Positions 7,264-15,625 of a DNA stretch of 28,306 nt are shown piece after piece. The position numbers were made by a program, and so were the translations under genes. The stretch covers positions 1-28,306 of the IMG/VR virus record IMGVR_UViG_3300022178_000338; one strand, written 5' to 3'. How positions within the stretch are numbered: the stretch's first letter is position 1; every line of letters begins with the position of its first letter. The notes beneath the pieces were generated by a model. It made no database searches and had not been told where the DNA came from. It worked only from the letters and a program-made list of their open reading frames with translations. Source of the DNA: a virus (taxonomy: Duplodnaviria > Caudoviricetes).

Positions 7264-8963
7264 TGTGTATTCCTTTGTGGATATTGTAAGTCTTCTAATT
7301 TTATAAAGTTCTTATCGTTTACAAACCATCTAGCAAAAGCATTATCAACATTCTCTTGCGGTGGATAAAAACTTGCTAAGTCTTTCATCTCTTGTTCAGC
7401 ATAATTAAAGTCTGGTACAAAAGATATAAGAGATAGTAATTGTTGCTGTACTACCACTTGTTGTTCTAAAGTAACTGCACTTTCTACTTTTTTAGTTAAA
7501 GCTACTGCTCTTTTTGATACAAGGGCTTTAAGTTTATCATTTTTTGTAGAGACTTGTTTTTTCTCAACCTTCTTCGGAGCTTGTTTGTTAGCAACTGTCG
7601 CCTCAATCGGTTGCTCCTCGGCTCTATCTTCTTGTTCATCAACAGGCTCTTCCCTTTCCTCAACAATTTCTAGTTCCTCTGGCTCTTCTCTCTCCTCTCT
7701 TGGTTCTTCTCTTTCCTCTGACTCTTGCTCTGCCTCAACAATCTCCTCGATAGGTTCTTCTCCCACCTCTGGTTCAAGCACTTCCATCTGTTCAGGTTCA
7801 CTAGGCTGTGGCTCAACAACGGCAATCTCCCTTTCTAGTTCTTGTTGCATCTCTACAGGCGCTTCAATAGGCTCTGGTTCTATCTGTATTATTTCTGGTT
7901 CAAATACCTGTGGCTCTTCGTATGTTGGCATTGTAAAAGAAGGTATACCTTCAATCTCATAACCACTAGCACTTGTAAAATCTGTCGTTAAATCTGGTTG
8001 CTCTAGTACTTCTTCAATTAATACTACTTCTGGTTCTGGCTCCGGTTCTACATACCCTGCACAAGTAGTGTCATACTGAGGGTCATACATACACTGTTGT
8101 TCTAGGTATGCTTCTTCATATCCGTTGCAATCTCTACTGTAGGTTGCATCTGTTGTACACTGGTCAAGAAAATAGGCTTCTTCGTACCCACTACAACCAC
8201 TATCGTATAATGTGTTTTGATTACACTCCGTGATATATAGCTGTTGTGCATACGCCTCTGCATATCCAGAGCATTGAGGGTCGTATAAAGCGTTTGCGGC
8301 GCAAAGAGTATTGAGAACATTAATACTATTCTGCTCATTACCATATGACTCTGGTACTCCCTGATACCCCGAAGGATAATAATAGTTTTGAATACCTTCA
8401 TACGAACCTGTATTTAAATCTCCTGATTCTCCTATAGCTATTGCATGGTTTTGTATGTTTACAGCAGTATAATCTACTGTGTACGAACCATCTTGCTTAA
8501 TCTGTAACTCAAAAGAGTTTAATCTACTAGCATTATAATATTCTGCTAGGTTTTTCCACCTGTAAGTCTGTTGTGAGGTATCACCTTCTGTAAATAACCC
8601 GCTGTTTTCTGCACCTAAATCTATTAAGTCTGTCCATAATGGGGCTATAGCATACCCATATCTACTAATATTCTGTTCGTTTTCAGCCATTGTTTGTAAA
8701 TCACGACCATTACAGCACCAGTGGCTTTCTACTTGACTATCTGTTGGATTACGAAAACCAACTACACCATTCGTAAACATATAGGAGGTTTCAAACTCCT
8801 CACCATAAAAAGGAAATACAAACTGTAAAGGTACTTCTGCATAGTGGTCATCATGTACAGTAGTATGATTAGGGCTAGTTAGCTTAACCTCATTACAGTA
8901 AGAATAGGAGCATAGCGAGAGTAACAGTACCGCTAGCAATCCAACCTTGACGCTCTCTGACAT
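7251..8963 (-). CDS. Exported protein: signal peptide, NIDO-like domain, 4x C-x9-C-x-G-Y repeats, Glu/Pro-rich stalk, helical C-terminus
   Basis: 570 aa; VGLLAVLLLSLCSYSYC signal-like N-terminus; VPLQFVFPFYG...TNGVVGF...IAPLWTDL resembles nidogen N-terminal (NIDO) motifs. The exact start codon is uncertain. Confidence 0.65.
   Translation of the reverse strand: MSESVKVGLLAVLLLSLCSYSYCNEVKLTSPNHTTVHDDHYAEVPLQFVFPFYGEEFETSYMFTNGVVGFRNPTDSQVESHWCCNGRDLQTMAENEQNISRYGYAIAPLWTDLIDLGAENSGLFTEGDTSQQTYRWKNLAEYYNASRLNSFELQIKQDGSYTVDYTAVNIQNHAIAIGESGDLNTGSYEGIQNYYYPSGYQGVPESYGNEQNSINVLNTLCAANALYDPQCSGYAEAYAQQLYITECNQNTLYDSGCSGYEEAYFLDQCTTDATYSRDCNGYEEAYLEQQCMYDPQYDTTCAGYVEPEPEPEVVLIEEVLEQPDLTTDFTSASGYEIEGIPSFTMPTYEEPQVFEPEIIQIEPEPIEAPVEMQQELEREIAVVEPQPSEPEQMEVLEPEVGEEPIEEIVEAEQESEEREEPREEREEPEELEIVEEREEPVDEQEDRAEEQPIEATVANKQAPKKVEKKQVSTKNDKLKALVSKRAVALTKKVESAVTLEQQVVVQQQLLSLISFVPDFNYAEQEMKDLASFYPPQENVDNAFARWFVNDKNFIKLEDLQYPQRNTQWQR
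8052..8303 (-). repeat. Four Cys-paired peptide repeats (22-26 aa period)
   Basis: CAANALYDPQCSGY, CNQNTLYDSGCSGY, CTTDATYSRDCNGY, CMYDPQYDTTCAGY; the first three are followed by xEAY. Confidence 0.9.
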
Positions 8964-9468
8964 CTTGTTTTGTTTCCAATATTATGGGTTCTGGTATTAA
9001 CTCAGGGTTTGCTTTCCATTTCTTAGCTGCTGCTGTACCTATCTCACCTAAGAACGGACAAGGAGTACCTGCCATACCCATTGCATCATAGACCCTTCTG
9101 TCTTGACATAAAACTGATACTGCTGCTACCTTCATACCCATATCGTATAAGGTCTTAGAAATCTTTAATCGTTCACAGTTCTCATCTCGTACTGTTTCAC
9201 CTGTAGACACACCTAAGATTTGTGTTTGTATTGCCCCACTGACCCCAGATGTACATATATCAGAAGAAGAACCACCCATAGAGGGGCTAATAGCAGAGGG
9301 AGGGGGCGATATAACTACTGTTCTACCCCTAGACTTAACTTCTGAATCAGAGTTAGTAGTGGTGTTTACTTCTGTTGCTGCATTGGCTTCACTAGGAATC
9401 ATTACACAAAGAAATAAGCCTAAAGCATATATAAAAACAATACCCCAAAAGATGTTATAGTCTTTCAT
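8893..9468 (-). CDS. Cys-containing membrane/exported protein with N-terminal signal/TM and C-terminal TM anchor
   Basis: 191 aa; IFWGIVFIYALGLFLCVMI...ANA signal-like; SPPPSAISPS, DICTSGVSG, DENCERLK, LCQD, GTPCP; C-terminal TVTLAMLLFLL. Confidence 0.75.
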   Translation of the reverse strand: MKDYNIFWGIVFIYALGLFLCVMIPSEANAATEVNTTTNSDSEVKSRGRTVVISPPPSAISPSMGGSSSDICTSGVSGAIQTQILGVSTGETVRDENCERLKISKTLYDMGMKVAAVSVLCQDRRVYDAMGMAGTPCPFLGEIGTAAAKKWKANPELIPEPIILETKQDVRERQGWIASGTVTLAMLLFLL

Positions 9469-10785
9469 CTAAGCAGTCCGTTTCCACATATAAACCACAA
9501 TAAACGGTTGGTAGTTAGCATTAGTAGTAGTACCATTAGTTACTGAGTGAGTGTGTGTATCAGATGTACTTGAATTGTTAGTAAACTGTAATCCGAAAGA
9601 TCCTGAAACACTGTTAGCATCTACATTTACAGCATCTGATTCACCCGTTGCTGGTATAGCTACAGGACCAGCAGAATTAGAAGTTTGTGTTAAACGAACA
9701 CTTGATAAGTTACCTTGTTTAGTTTGTGCTGCTGTAAGTGCTGTAGCACCAGTAGTTGTATTAACAGCAGGAGAATTAGCACTACCACCTGTTTCTCCTA
9801 GTGTATCCATTAGTGCGTTTCCTGCGTCTAATCCTACCAATACTCGTCCAGTACCAAATGCTTCCCATGTACCAAATCCAAGTAAACTACCCGGATTAGT
9901 AGATACACCTGCTTGTGTGTAAATAGTACCGACTGGATATAAAGCTAACTTACCTGCTAAAACAGCCGCATCAATGAGTGCAGTGATAGAAGCCGTAGTA
10001 GGTATTCCAGTCCAAGCGCTACCTGCATACTGTTCAACAGTCGATAAAGTTGAATTATAACGGAGCATACCTACCGCCGGTGTGGGTCTTTGTGCTGTTG
10101 TACCAACAGGAAGCGTAATAGAACCCGTACCGCTAAGTGTTAAATTGTTTGGGATAGTAGCTGTAGAAGCATTAAAAATAACTGAGTCGCCTGCAGCGTC
10201 TCCTAATGTAGTATTACCTGTATTAGTTAGCGTAGTAAAAGCACCCGTAGTAAAAGCACCCGTACTTGGGGTTCCGTCTCCAATAGGGCCTGGAGTTGCA
10301 AACCTAGCAACAAAACCATTACCCGAAACAGTACCCGAAGCAGATAGAGCACCGAAATCGCCCGTACCTGTAAAGTAATTGCTCGTCAAAACTACATTTG
10401 TTCCATCTTGATAAACAGAGCGAGAGTTACCTGCAGGCACTAAAATGCCTGAACCGCTTGCTGTTTTTACAGTCATTGCACTATTAGAAGCATTGTTAAT
10501 AATATAATTTTTACCGCCACTAAGCGTAGGAACAACCAAGTTTCCTGTACCACCACCAGAACCTGTTAGGTTTAATCGTAAAAATCTTGCCGGTTGGGAA
10601 GCATTAGAAGAAGCATTCCATGTCATTGTATCTGTAACACCTCCACCAGAAACAGCTACATTTACACTATTAGCAATAGGCTCTTGAAGGGCATACTGTA
10701 AATTAGTATTAGTTACGGTTCCCCACGTACCCGATTCTTCGCCGGTTCCTATGAGTGCTATGCCTAAATTTGAATAAGTAGTCAT
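9469..10785 (-). CDS. Tail fibre protein with C-terminal T4 gp10-like/tail-collar domain
   Basis: 438 aa; GEESGTWGTVTNTN N-terminus, LPVGTTAQRP...GMLRYNST, LYPVGTIY...NPGSLLGFGTW...GRVLVG...QPFIVVYMWKRTA. Confidence 0.75.
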   Translation of the reverse strand: MTTYSNLGIALIGTGEESGTWGTVTNTNLQYALQEPIANSVNVAVSGGGVTDTMTWNASSNASQPARFLRLNLTGSGGGTGNLVVPTLSGGKNYIINNASNSAMTVKTASGSGILVPAGNSRSVYQDGTNVVLTSNYFTGTGDFGALSASGTVSGNGFVARFATPGPIGDGTPSTGAFTTGAFTTLTNTGNTTLGDAAGDSVIFNASTATIPNNLTLSGTGSITLPVGTTAQRPTPAVGMLRYNSTLSTVEQYAGSAWTGIPTTASITALIDAAVLAGKLALYPVGTIYTQAGVSTNPGSLLGFGTWEAFGTGRVLVGLDAGNALMDTLGETGGSANSPAVNTTTGATALTAAQTKQGNLSSVRLTQTSNSAGPVAIPATGESDAVNVDANSVSGSFGLQFTNNSSTSDTHTHSVTNGTTTNANYQPFIVVYMWKRTA

Positions 10786-10810
10786 TATTTAATCTCTTGT
10801 TTTATTTTCT

Positions 10811-10839
10811 ATTATACCTATGAAGCTATTTTTTCCCAA
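10811..10839 (-). promoter_or_regulatory. Candidate sigma70-like promoter upstream of the 438-aa fibre gene
   Basis: Minus strand TTGGGA-17 nt-TATAAT (perfect -10), with an A-rich leader. Confidence 0.5.
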
Positions 10840-11186
10840 TCAGGAGTTTGTGGAGTGGTAATAGTGTTCCAAGCTGGTGTTTGTCCTTCTACTATTACTT
10901 GCCAATCTGGTACTTGAGGAGTAGGAATTATACCCCATACTAATACAACTCCTAGTACACCTGTAGCACTCACTCCCGTTACATTAACATTAGCATCTGC
11001 AGTTACAGTTACAGCGCCTAGAGCCGTAGTGCCCTGAACCCCAGTTACACTAACATTAGCGTCTGCAGTTACAACCACAGTTCCTAAGGCTGTAGTGCCT
11101 TGAACTCCAGTTACAACAACACTAATATTAACACCAGATTGAATGTCAGCTATAGCATTTTGACTAAAAGCATTAAAACCCAGCAT
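10818..11186 (-). CDS. Short repetitive fibre-associated structural protein
   Basis: 122 aa; about 2.7 copies of the 22-aa unit VTGVQGTTALGxVxVTADANVx, then Trp-anchored TPQxPDW repeats. Confidence 0.75.
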   Translation of the reverse strand: MLGFNAFSQNAIADIQSGVNISVVVTGVQGTTALGTVVVTADANVSVTGVQGTTALGAVTVTADANVNVTGVSATGVLGVVLVWGIIPTPQVPDWQVIVEGQTPAWNTITTPQTPDWEKIAS

Positions 11187-11260
11187 TAGATACTTGCTCT
11201 TTTAAGCTGAGTAACTACTGCTACTAACTGTCCTGCCTCATAATCTGTCATGTTAGACAT
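11186..11260 (-). CDS. 24-aa mini-ORF (MSNMTDYEAGQLVAVVTQLKRASI), possibly a truncated gene remnant; not in the ORF track
   Basis: ATG at 11260 preceded by AGGT; its stop overlaps the next ATG (TAATG at 11188-11184); fills the intergenic gap almost exactly. Confidence 0.55.
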   Translation of the reverse strand: MSNMTDYEAGQLVAVVTQLKRASI

Positions 11261-11270
11261 AAATAATTAC

Positions 11271-11576
11271 CTATGGTTTTGGGTTATCTGTTTTAACTTT
11301 AGCTATTGCAGTTGCCCAAGTAGTTGTACCATTAACACTGTCCCAATATTGCATATCTAATTGGTCTTGTACTGATGGGTATTCTAAAGACCTAGTACGC
11401 TGGTATGCTTTTGCATCATAAACTGCTTGTAACCTAATAACCTCTGCTGCTAGTTCATCTGATGTAGGCTCTGTTTGTTCTGAATCTAACCAATTTAAAC
11501 TACTTCCTGTTAGTGTCCACTCAGCATTAGGTTTTAAAGATTGTATTGCATCTCGTGTTTTAATTTCGTTTGCCAT
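11271..11576 (-). CDS. Tail fibre assembly chaperone-like protein
   Basis: 101 aa directly after the fibre; AIQSLKPNAEW...YQRTRSLEYPSVQDQLDMQYWD...VKTDNPKP. Confidence 0.7.
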   Translation of the reverse strand: MANEIKTRDAIQSLKPNAEWTLTGSSLNWLDSEQTEPTSDELAAEVIRLQAVYDAKAYQRTRSLEYPSVQDQLDMQYWDSVNGTTTWATAIAKVKTDNPKP

Positions 11577-13906
11577 TATCCTGCTACCTCAATTAAAGTA
11601 ATTGTAGAGGTTTGCGCTCCTGCATCATCTGCTTGAACAAAAAGACTTATTGGAGTATTTCCTGTAGACATTACAGTTTTATAAGTTGTTTGATCAGTAG
11701 TGCTAGGGCTATCTAAAAAAGAAGTGCTAATAGTACCAATCATGTTATCAGTAGTAGTGCCTGTATAAGCAGCAAATGTACAAAAAGTAATAATTGTAGT
11801 GCTACCCCTTACTAATTTTAAATTTAGCCAACTATTTCCGCTACGCTTACCACAACCAGCTTGCTCAACAAGAACTAAAATTTTACTTGATGTTGCACTT
11901 GGAGTTATATTTGCAGTTAAAGTTGTGTCAGTATCTGAGGTAACAGTGCTTATAACTTCTGTTGAAGTAGTACCTTGAACAACTTGTAATATTTTACCTG
12001 CTGCTGGTAATGCTGCACTTGTCCAAGCAGAACCATTAGAAGTTAAAACATTACCAGAAGTGCTAGGTGTTACATAACCTATTACATCATCATTAATCTG
12101 TACTCCAAGATTATCTCTTGCTGTACTTACATTTGCTAAGTCAGATAGGTTACTAGCTTTAGCTGCTGCATTATCTGCTTTAGTTCCTTGAGCAGCAGTA
12201 GCATAGGCACTGGCTGCTGTAGTAGCCGCTGTTCCTAATCCTAAAGATGTTCTGACTGTAGCACCATTTTCTGCTACCCAAGTAGAACCATTACCAACAA
12301 TAAAGTTACCGTCTGTTTTTGCTAAACCACCTATTGCTGTTAAATCGGCATCGTAGGCTTGTACATTAACACCTATCTCTACACCTAAATTATCTCTTGC
12401 ATCACTTGCAGTTGTAGCTCCTGTACCGCCTTTATTTAAAGCAATAGTACTTGCTGACCAAGTTCCCGCTGTTAAAGTACCAACGCCTGTAATCCCAGTG
12501 TACGAACCTGAAAGACGTGCCGCAGGTAAGGTACCACTAGAGATATTATCTGCATTGGTAGTGTCTGTTGTTGCACTCGTAGCTAACCCTGATATATCTG
12601 CAGCGGCTACTTGTTGCCAACTAGGGGCAGCGGCGGCGCTTCCGTTACCTTGTTCTTGTAAGTATTTTTTAGTGGTGGTTGTATTCCCTGCAAGTTTAGC
12701 TAGTGCTGCACTACCTGAAGCATAAATTAAATCTCCAAGTGTATAAGAAGTTAATCCCGTACCCGCATTAGCAACACCCAAAGCTCCTGATACTGCAGCT
12801 GATTGGTTTAATGCAACAGTACCCCATTCAAGTTGTGAACCACCTGAATTAACAACAAGCACTTTATATGCTGCTCCTAGACCCAGGGCACCCCAAGTAT
12901 TAGTTCCCGTACCATAGAGTAAATTACCCGTTGCTAATGAGCTTAATCCTGTACCACCTTTTGTTGGACCGACAACTCCAGTTAAGGATATAACTTGTCC
13001 TGTTACATTTATTGGCGCGGTTCCACTATAAACTGGCGTTGCAAAAAACTGAGCAAAAGTTATGTTTGTTGTACCAAAAGTAATTGTCCCTACAGTATTA
13101 CAAACAAAAGATTGACCCGCTCTAGTATTACCAGATGTTACAAATACATAGGACCCCTGTCCTAGTTTAGTTGGGGTGTTTAACCCAAAAGTGTTTGCAT
13201 CAGTAGATCGAGTTAATATCCAGTTTGATGAAGCTGAACCAATATTAGTAACAACATAAATACCATTATGAGCAGCGTTAGATTGTTGTTGTACTAAAAT
13301 TCTATCATTAGCAACCGCTGCAACGCCATCTATTACTAATGCGGCTTGGGTTCCACTATTAGTTAAAGTAGCGCCAACACCTGAAGAACCATTTGAGTAT
13401 CCGGCACTTAAAGCTCCAGTTGTTTCTAGTCTTACCGCAGTGTGGATATCTAAGCCCGCAGCAATAGAGTTATCTACATATTGTTTAGTGGTCGCCTGTA
13501 AGTTAAGTGTAGGATCTTGATTAAGTAAAACGGTACTACCAAAAGTAGTTGCTCCGGGAAGAGAAATAGAATTATCAGCAGCCTTAAAAAGCGATCTAGA
13601 GGCGGGATAAGTAACAAAAATTTCTTTCGTACCAGCACCGAAGTTTGTTTTATTATTTGAGTTAGACGAAGTATAGACAGTATCTCTAGTAACAGTACCA
13701 GCGCCAGAAGAAGAGAATGTACCTAAACCTACTTCCCATTCTGTTACTCCACTTTCAGTATTAGCGATAGCATAATAAACCGTGCTTCCGTTAGTAATAC
13801 CCGCAGCAAAAGACTGATACCCAGCAGGTTGAGCACCAAGCGTAATTGTGCCCGTTCCTGTTGTAGTAGTCTCTTGTTTTACTCTATCATTTAAAATGAG
13901 CGCCAT
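11576..13906 (-). CDS. Long mosaic tail fibre / receptor-binding protein
   Basis: 776 aa, Gly/Thr/Ser/Ala-rich; DRVKQETTTTGTG N-terminus, ATTKQYVD, repeated GGTG and ARDNLGV units, C-terminal GKILQVVQ...STITLIEVAG domain. Confidence 0.8.
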   Translation of the reverse strand: MALILNDRVKQETTTTGTGTITLGAQPAGYQSFAAGITNGSTVYYAIANTESGVTEWEVGLGTFSSSGAGTVTRDTVYTSSNSNNKTNFGAGTKEIFVTYPASRSLFKAADNSISLPGATTFGSTVLLNQDPTLNLQATTKQYVDNSIAAGLDIHTAVRLETTGALSAGYSNGSSGVGATLTNSGTQAALVIDGVAAVANDRILVQQQSNAAHNGIYVVTNIGSASSNWILTRSTDANTFGLNTPTKLGQGSYVFVTSGNTRAGQSFVCNTVGTITFGTTNITFAQFFATPVYSGTAPINVTGQVISLTGVVGPTKGGTGLSSLATGNLLYGTGTNTWGALGLGAAYKVLVVNSGGSQLEWGTVALNQSAAVSGALGVANAGTGLTSYTLGDLIYASGSAALAKLAGNTTTTKKYLQEQGNGSAAAAPSWQQVAAADISGLATSATTDTTNADNISSGTLPAARLSGSYTGITGVGTLTAGTWSASTIALNKGGTGATTASDARDNLGVEIGVNVQAYDADLTAIGGLAKTDGNFIVGNGSTWVAENGATVRTSLGLGTAATTAASAYATAAQGTKADNAAAKASNLSDLANVSTARDNLGVQINDDVIGYVTPSTSGNVLTSNGSAWTSAALPAAGKILQVVQGTTSTEVISTVTSDTDTTLTANITPSATSSKILVLVEQAGCGKRSGNSWLNLKLVRGSTTIITFCTFAAYTGTTTDNMIGTISTSFLDSPSTTDQTTYKTVMSTGNTPISLFVQADDAGAQTSTITLIEVAG

Positions 13907-13917
13907 ACTAAATCCTA

Positions 13918-14364
13918 TTAAGCTATACGAACAATCGCATTAGAAGCATCATTAGCTGGGAATACAATAGTGAAAGTACCATTAGTTGAAGTCTTATCTC
14001 CACCAAAATCTAATACCGCTACTGCTTTACCTCCCTCTGTACTGTTATAGATTAAAGCACCACAAGAAGTAAGGGTAGAATTGGCAAACGTAGCATTAGG
14101 GCTAAAATCAACAAATGCGGTTGTACCCGTAGAAGTAGGAGTTACATTTGTTAAAGTAAACCCTCCAGAAGTATAACCCGTACCGGTTACTTGGTCTGCT
14201 CCCATTTGTGAAAAATTAGTTGTAGCTGCACCAAAAGTACCTGAGATAGCTGCTTGGTTTCTAAATAGCGCAACTTTAAATGTATCTCCGCCGTTAGTAA
14301 AATTGTGTGTCCCAGTTAACAGTTCTACTTTGAACGAGGTACACATAGCCTGTGAAATTGCCAT
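13918..14364 (-). CDS. Conserved virion structural protein (tail-associated)
   Basis: 148 aa; MAISQAMCTSFKVELL...GTGYTSGG...GALIYN...AVLDFGGDKTSTNGTFTIVFP; lies between adaptor and fibre genes. Confidence 0.7.
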   Translation of the reverse strand: MAISQAMCTSFKVELLTGTHNFTNGGDTFKVALFRNQAAISGTFGAATTNFSQMGADQVTGTGYTSGGFTLTNVTPTSTGTTAFVDFSPNATFANSTLTSCGALIYNSTEGGKAVAVLDFGGDKTSTNGTFTIVFPANDASNAIVRIA

Positions 14365-14403
14365 AATTAAATCCCTACTCTAAATATTTTATTAATGTGT
14401 TTA

Positions 14404-15060
14404 TTATATAGATCCTCTACTACCTTTAACAGGAATACGCGCTTGACCGCTTCTATATGCGTCTCGTCTGTTTTTACCTTCACCTAAATTTTGAATTAAG
14501 TCCATAGCTTCTTTATATCTAGTCATATAGTTAGTAATAGTATCAGCATCAGCTTTCAAGTAAGTAGCCGCTTCCAACAAAGATCCATATAATAATGTAC
14601 TATCAAAATTATCCCCAAGCCAGCTAGTACCAGCAACAACAATGCTTTGAGGATAGTAATAATAATGAAGTTCAGCGCTGTAAGCAACATCTGGCGTAGC
14701 TCCTAATATAAAAGTTGTATCATCAAAAACCGCATAATACTCTGGTTTTTTTTGAAAAGCATCATCTGTATCGGGATATGATTCTCTAATAAAATTTACA
14801 TCTTTATTAAGAAGATAAGTATATTCGTTAGTAGTTGTATCTATAACAGCCAAACTAAAAGTAGCTAACCAATCAGAAGGAACATTAAGATATTTGTTTC
14901 CCGCTGTTATATTTCCCGTTACATTTTTACGTAAATCAGGTATTTGAACTGAATTAAATATACGCTGTTCCGCTTGTTCTATAAATAGATTAACGTCTAC
15001 AGTAGGATATTCATTTTCAGTATATGACTTAATCGCAGCAACTAACTCTGTATAGTTCAT
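14404..15060 (-). CDS. Head-tail adaptor / tail tubular protein A-like (second copy)
   Basis: 218 aa; MNYTELVAAIKSY...FIEQAEQRI...PEYYA...LLYGSLLEAATYLK; AAGGA RBS. Confidence 0.7.
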   Translation of the reverse strand: MNYTELVAAIKSYTENEYPTVDVNLFIEQAEQRIFNSVQIPDLRKNVTGNITAGNKYLNVPSDWLATFSLAVIDTTTNEYTYLLNKDVNFIRESYPDTDDAFQKKPEYYAVFDDTTFILGATPDVAYSAELHYYYYPQSIVVAGTSWLGDNFDSTLLYGSLLEAATYLKADADTITNYMTRYKEAMDLIQNLGEGKNRRDAYRSGQARIPVKGSRGSI

Positions 15061-15069
15061 TACTTATCC

Positions 15070-15246
15070 TTATGCCATCGGCCCACGAGCCATAGTACCT
15101 TTAGTAGCACAACCATTACCACGAGTTACTACACCAGTAGTTTTAATGTTTTTTTCTGGATACCCAGCTGTATTAGGTACAGGTACGTCTTGCGGTTGTG
15201 TAAAACCATCTACCATTTTAGGTTTTCTTTCTTCATTCTGTTTCAT
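15070..15246 (-). CDS. 58-aa small protein ending RGNGCATKGTMARGPMA; not in the ORF track
   Basis: AGGAG RBS upstream of the ATG at 15246; hand translation MKQNEERKPKMVDGFTQPQDVPVPNTAGYPEKNIKTTGVVTRGNGCATKGTMARGPMA; fills the gap between two genes. Confidence 0.85.
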   Translation of the reverse strand: MKQNEERKPKMVDGFTQPQDVPVPNTAGYPEKNIKTTGVVTRGNGCATKGTMARGPMA

Positions 15247-15255
15247 TGCTTTCTC

Positions 15256-15624
15256 CTAAGTTGTAGTAACCGTTACGGTTCCTATTTGTCCTTCTGCTAA
15301 TAAATAATTCTCTAGTCCTTTTAGTTGTAAAGGATTTGAAAGCCCTACAGGGTTCCACCCCCATTGTATATCTCTTGAGCTGTAAGGTCCCGCAATAACA
15401 AAACTCTTATCAGGTCTAGGATCTTGTATAGCCTGGGGATCAGTAACCGGATACATACCCTGTAAGTTCTGGGGTTGATCTGGGTTCCAACACTCAGGAC
15501 ACGCTAGTATTTGTGTTTTTGTAGTTCTTATAACTAAGCTTTTTAATTTTGTTAGCTTAAATTGAAACCCACAAATATCACAGTCTGCTATCGCATTCTT
15601 TTTACTAGCAAAAGCGTTACTCAT
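15256..15624 (-). CDS. Zn-ribbon (CxxC...CxxC) virion-associated protein
   Basis: 122 aa; CDIC and CPEC pairs, followed by DQPQ...DPQAIQDPRPD. Confidence 0.75.
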   Translation of the reverse strand: MSNAFASKKNAIADCDICGFQFKLTKLKSLVIRTTKTQILACPECWNPDQPQNLQGMYPVTDPQAIQDPRPDKSFVIAGPYSSRDIQWGWNPVGLSNPLQLKGLENYLLAEGQIGTVTVTTT

Positions 15625-15625
15625 T

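Noticed and set aside
11576-13906. Diversity-generating retroelement target in the tail fibre tip
   Set aside because: No template/variable repeat pair differing at adenines and no reverse transcriptase in the window.
9469-13906. GG dipeptides in the tail fibres (GGTG, SGGG) as further copies of the hydrophobic-x-x-GG tag
   Set aside because: Different context (Thr/Ser-rich fibre repeats) and expected from the high Gly content; not counted.
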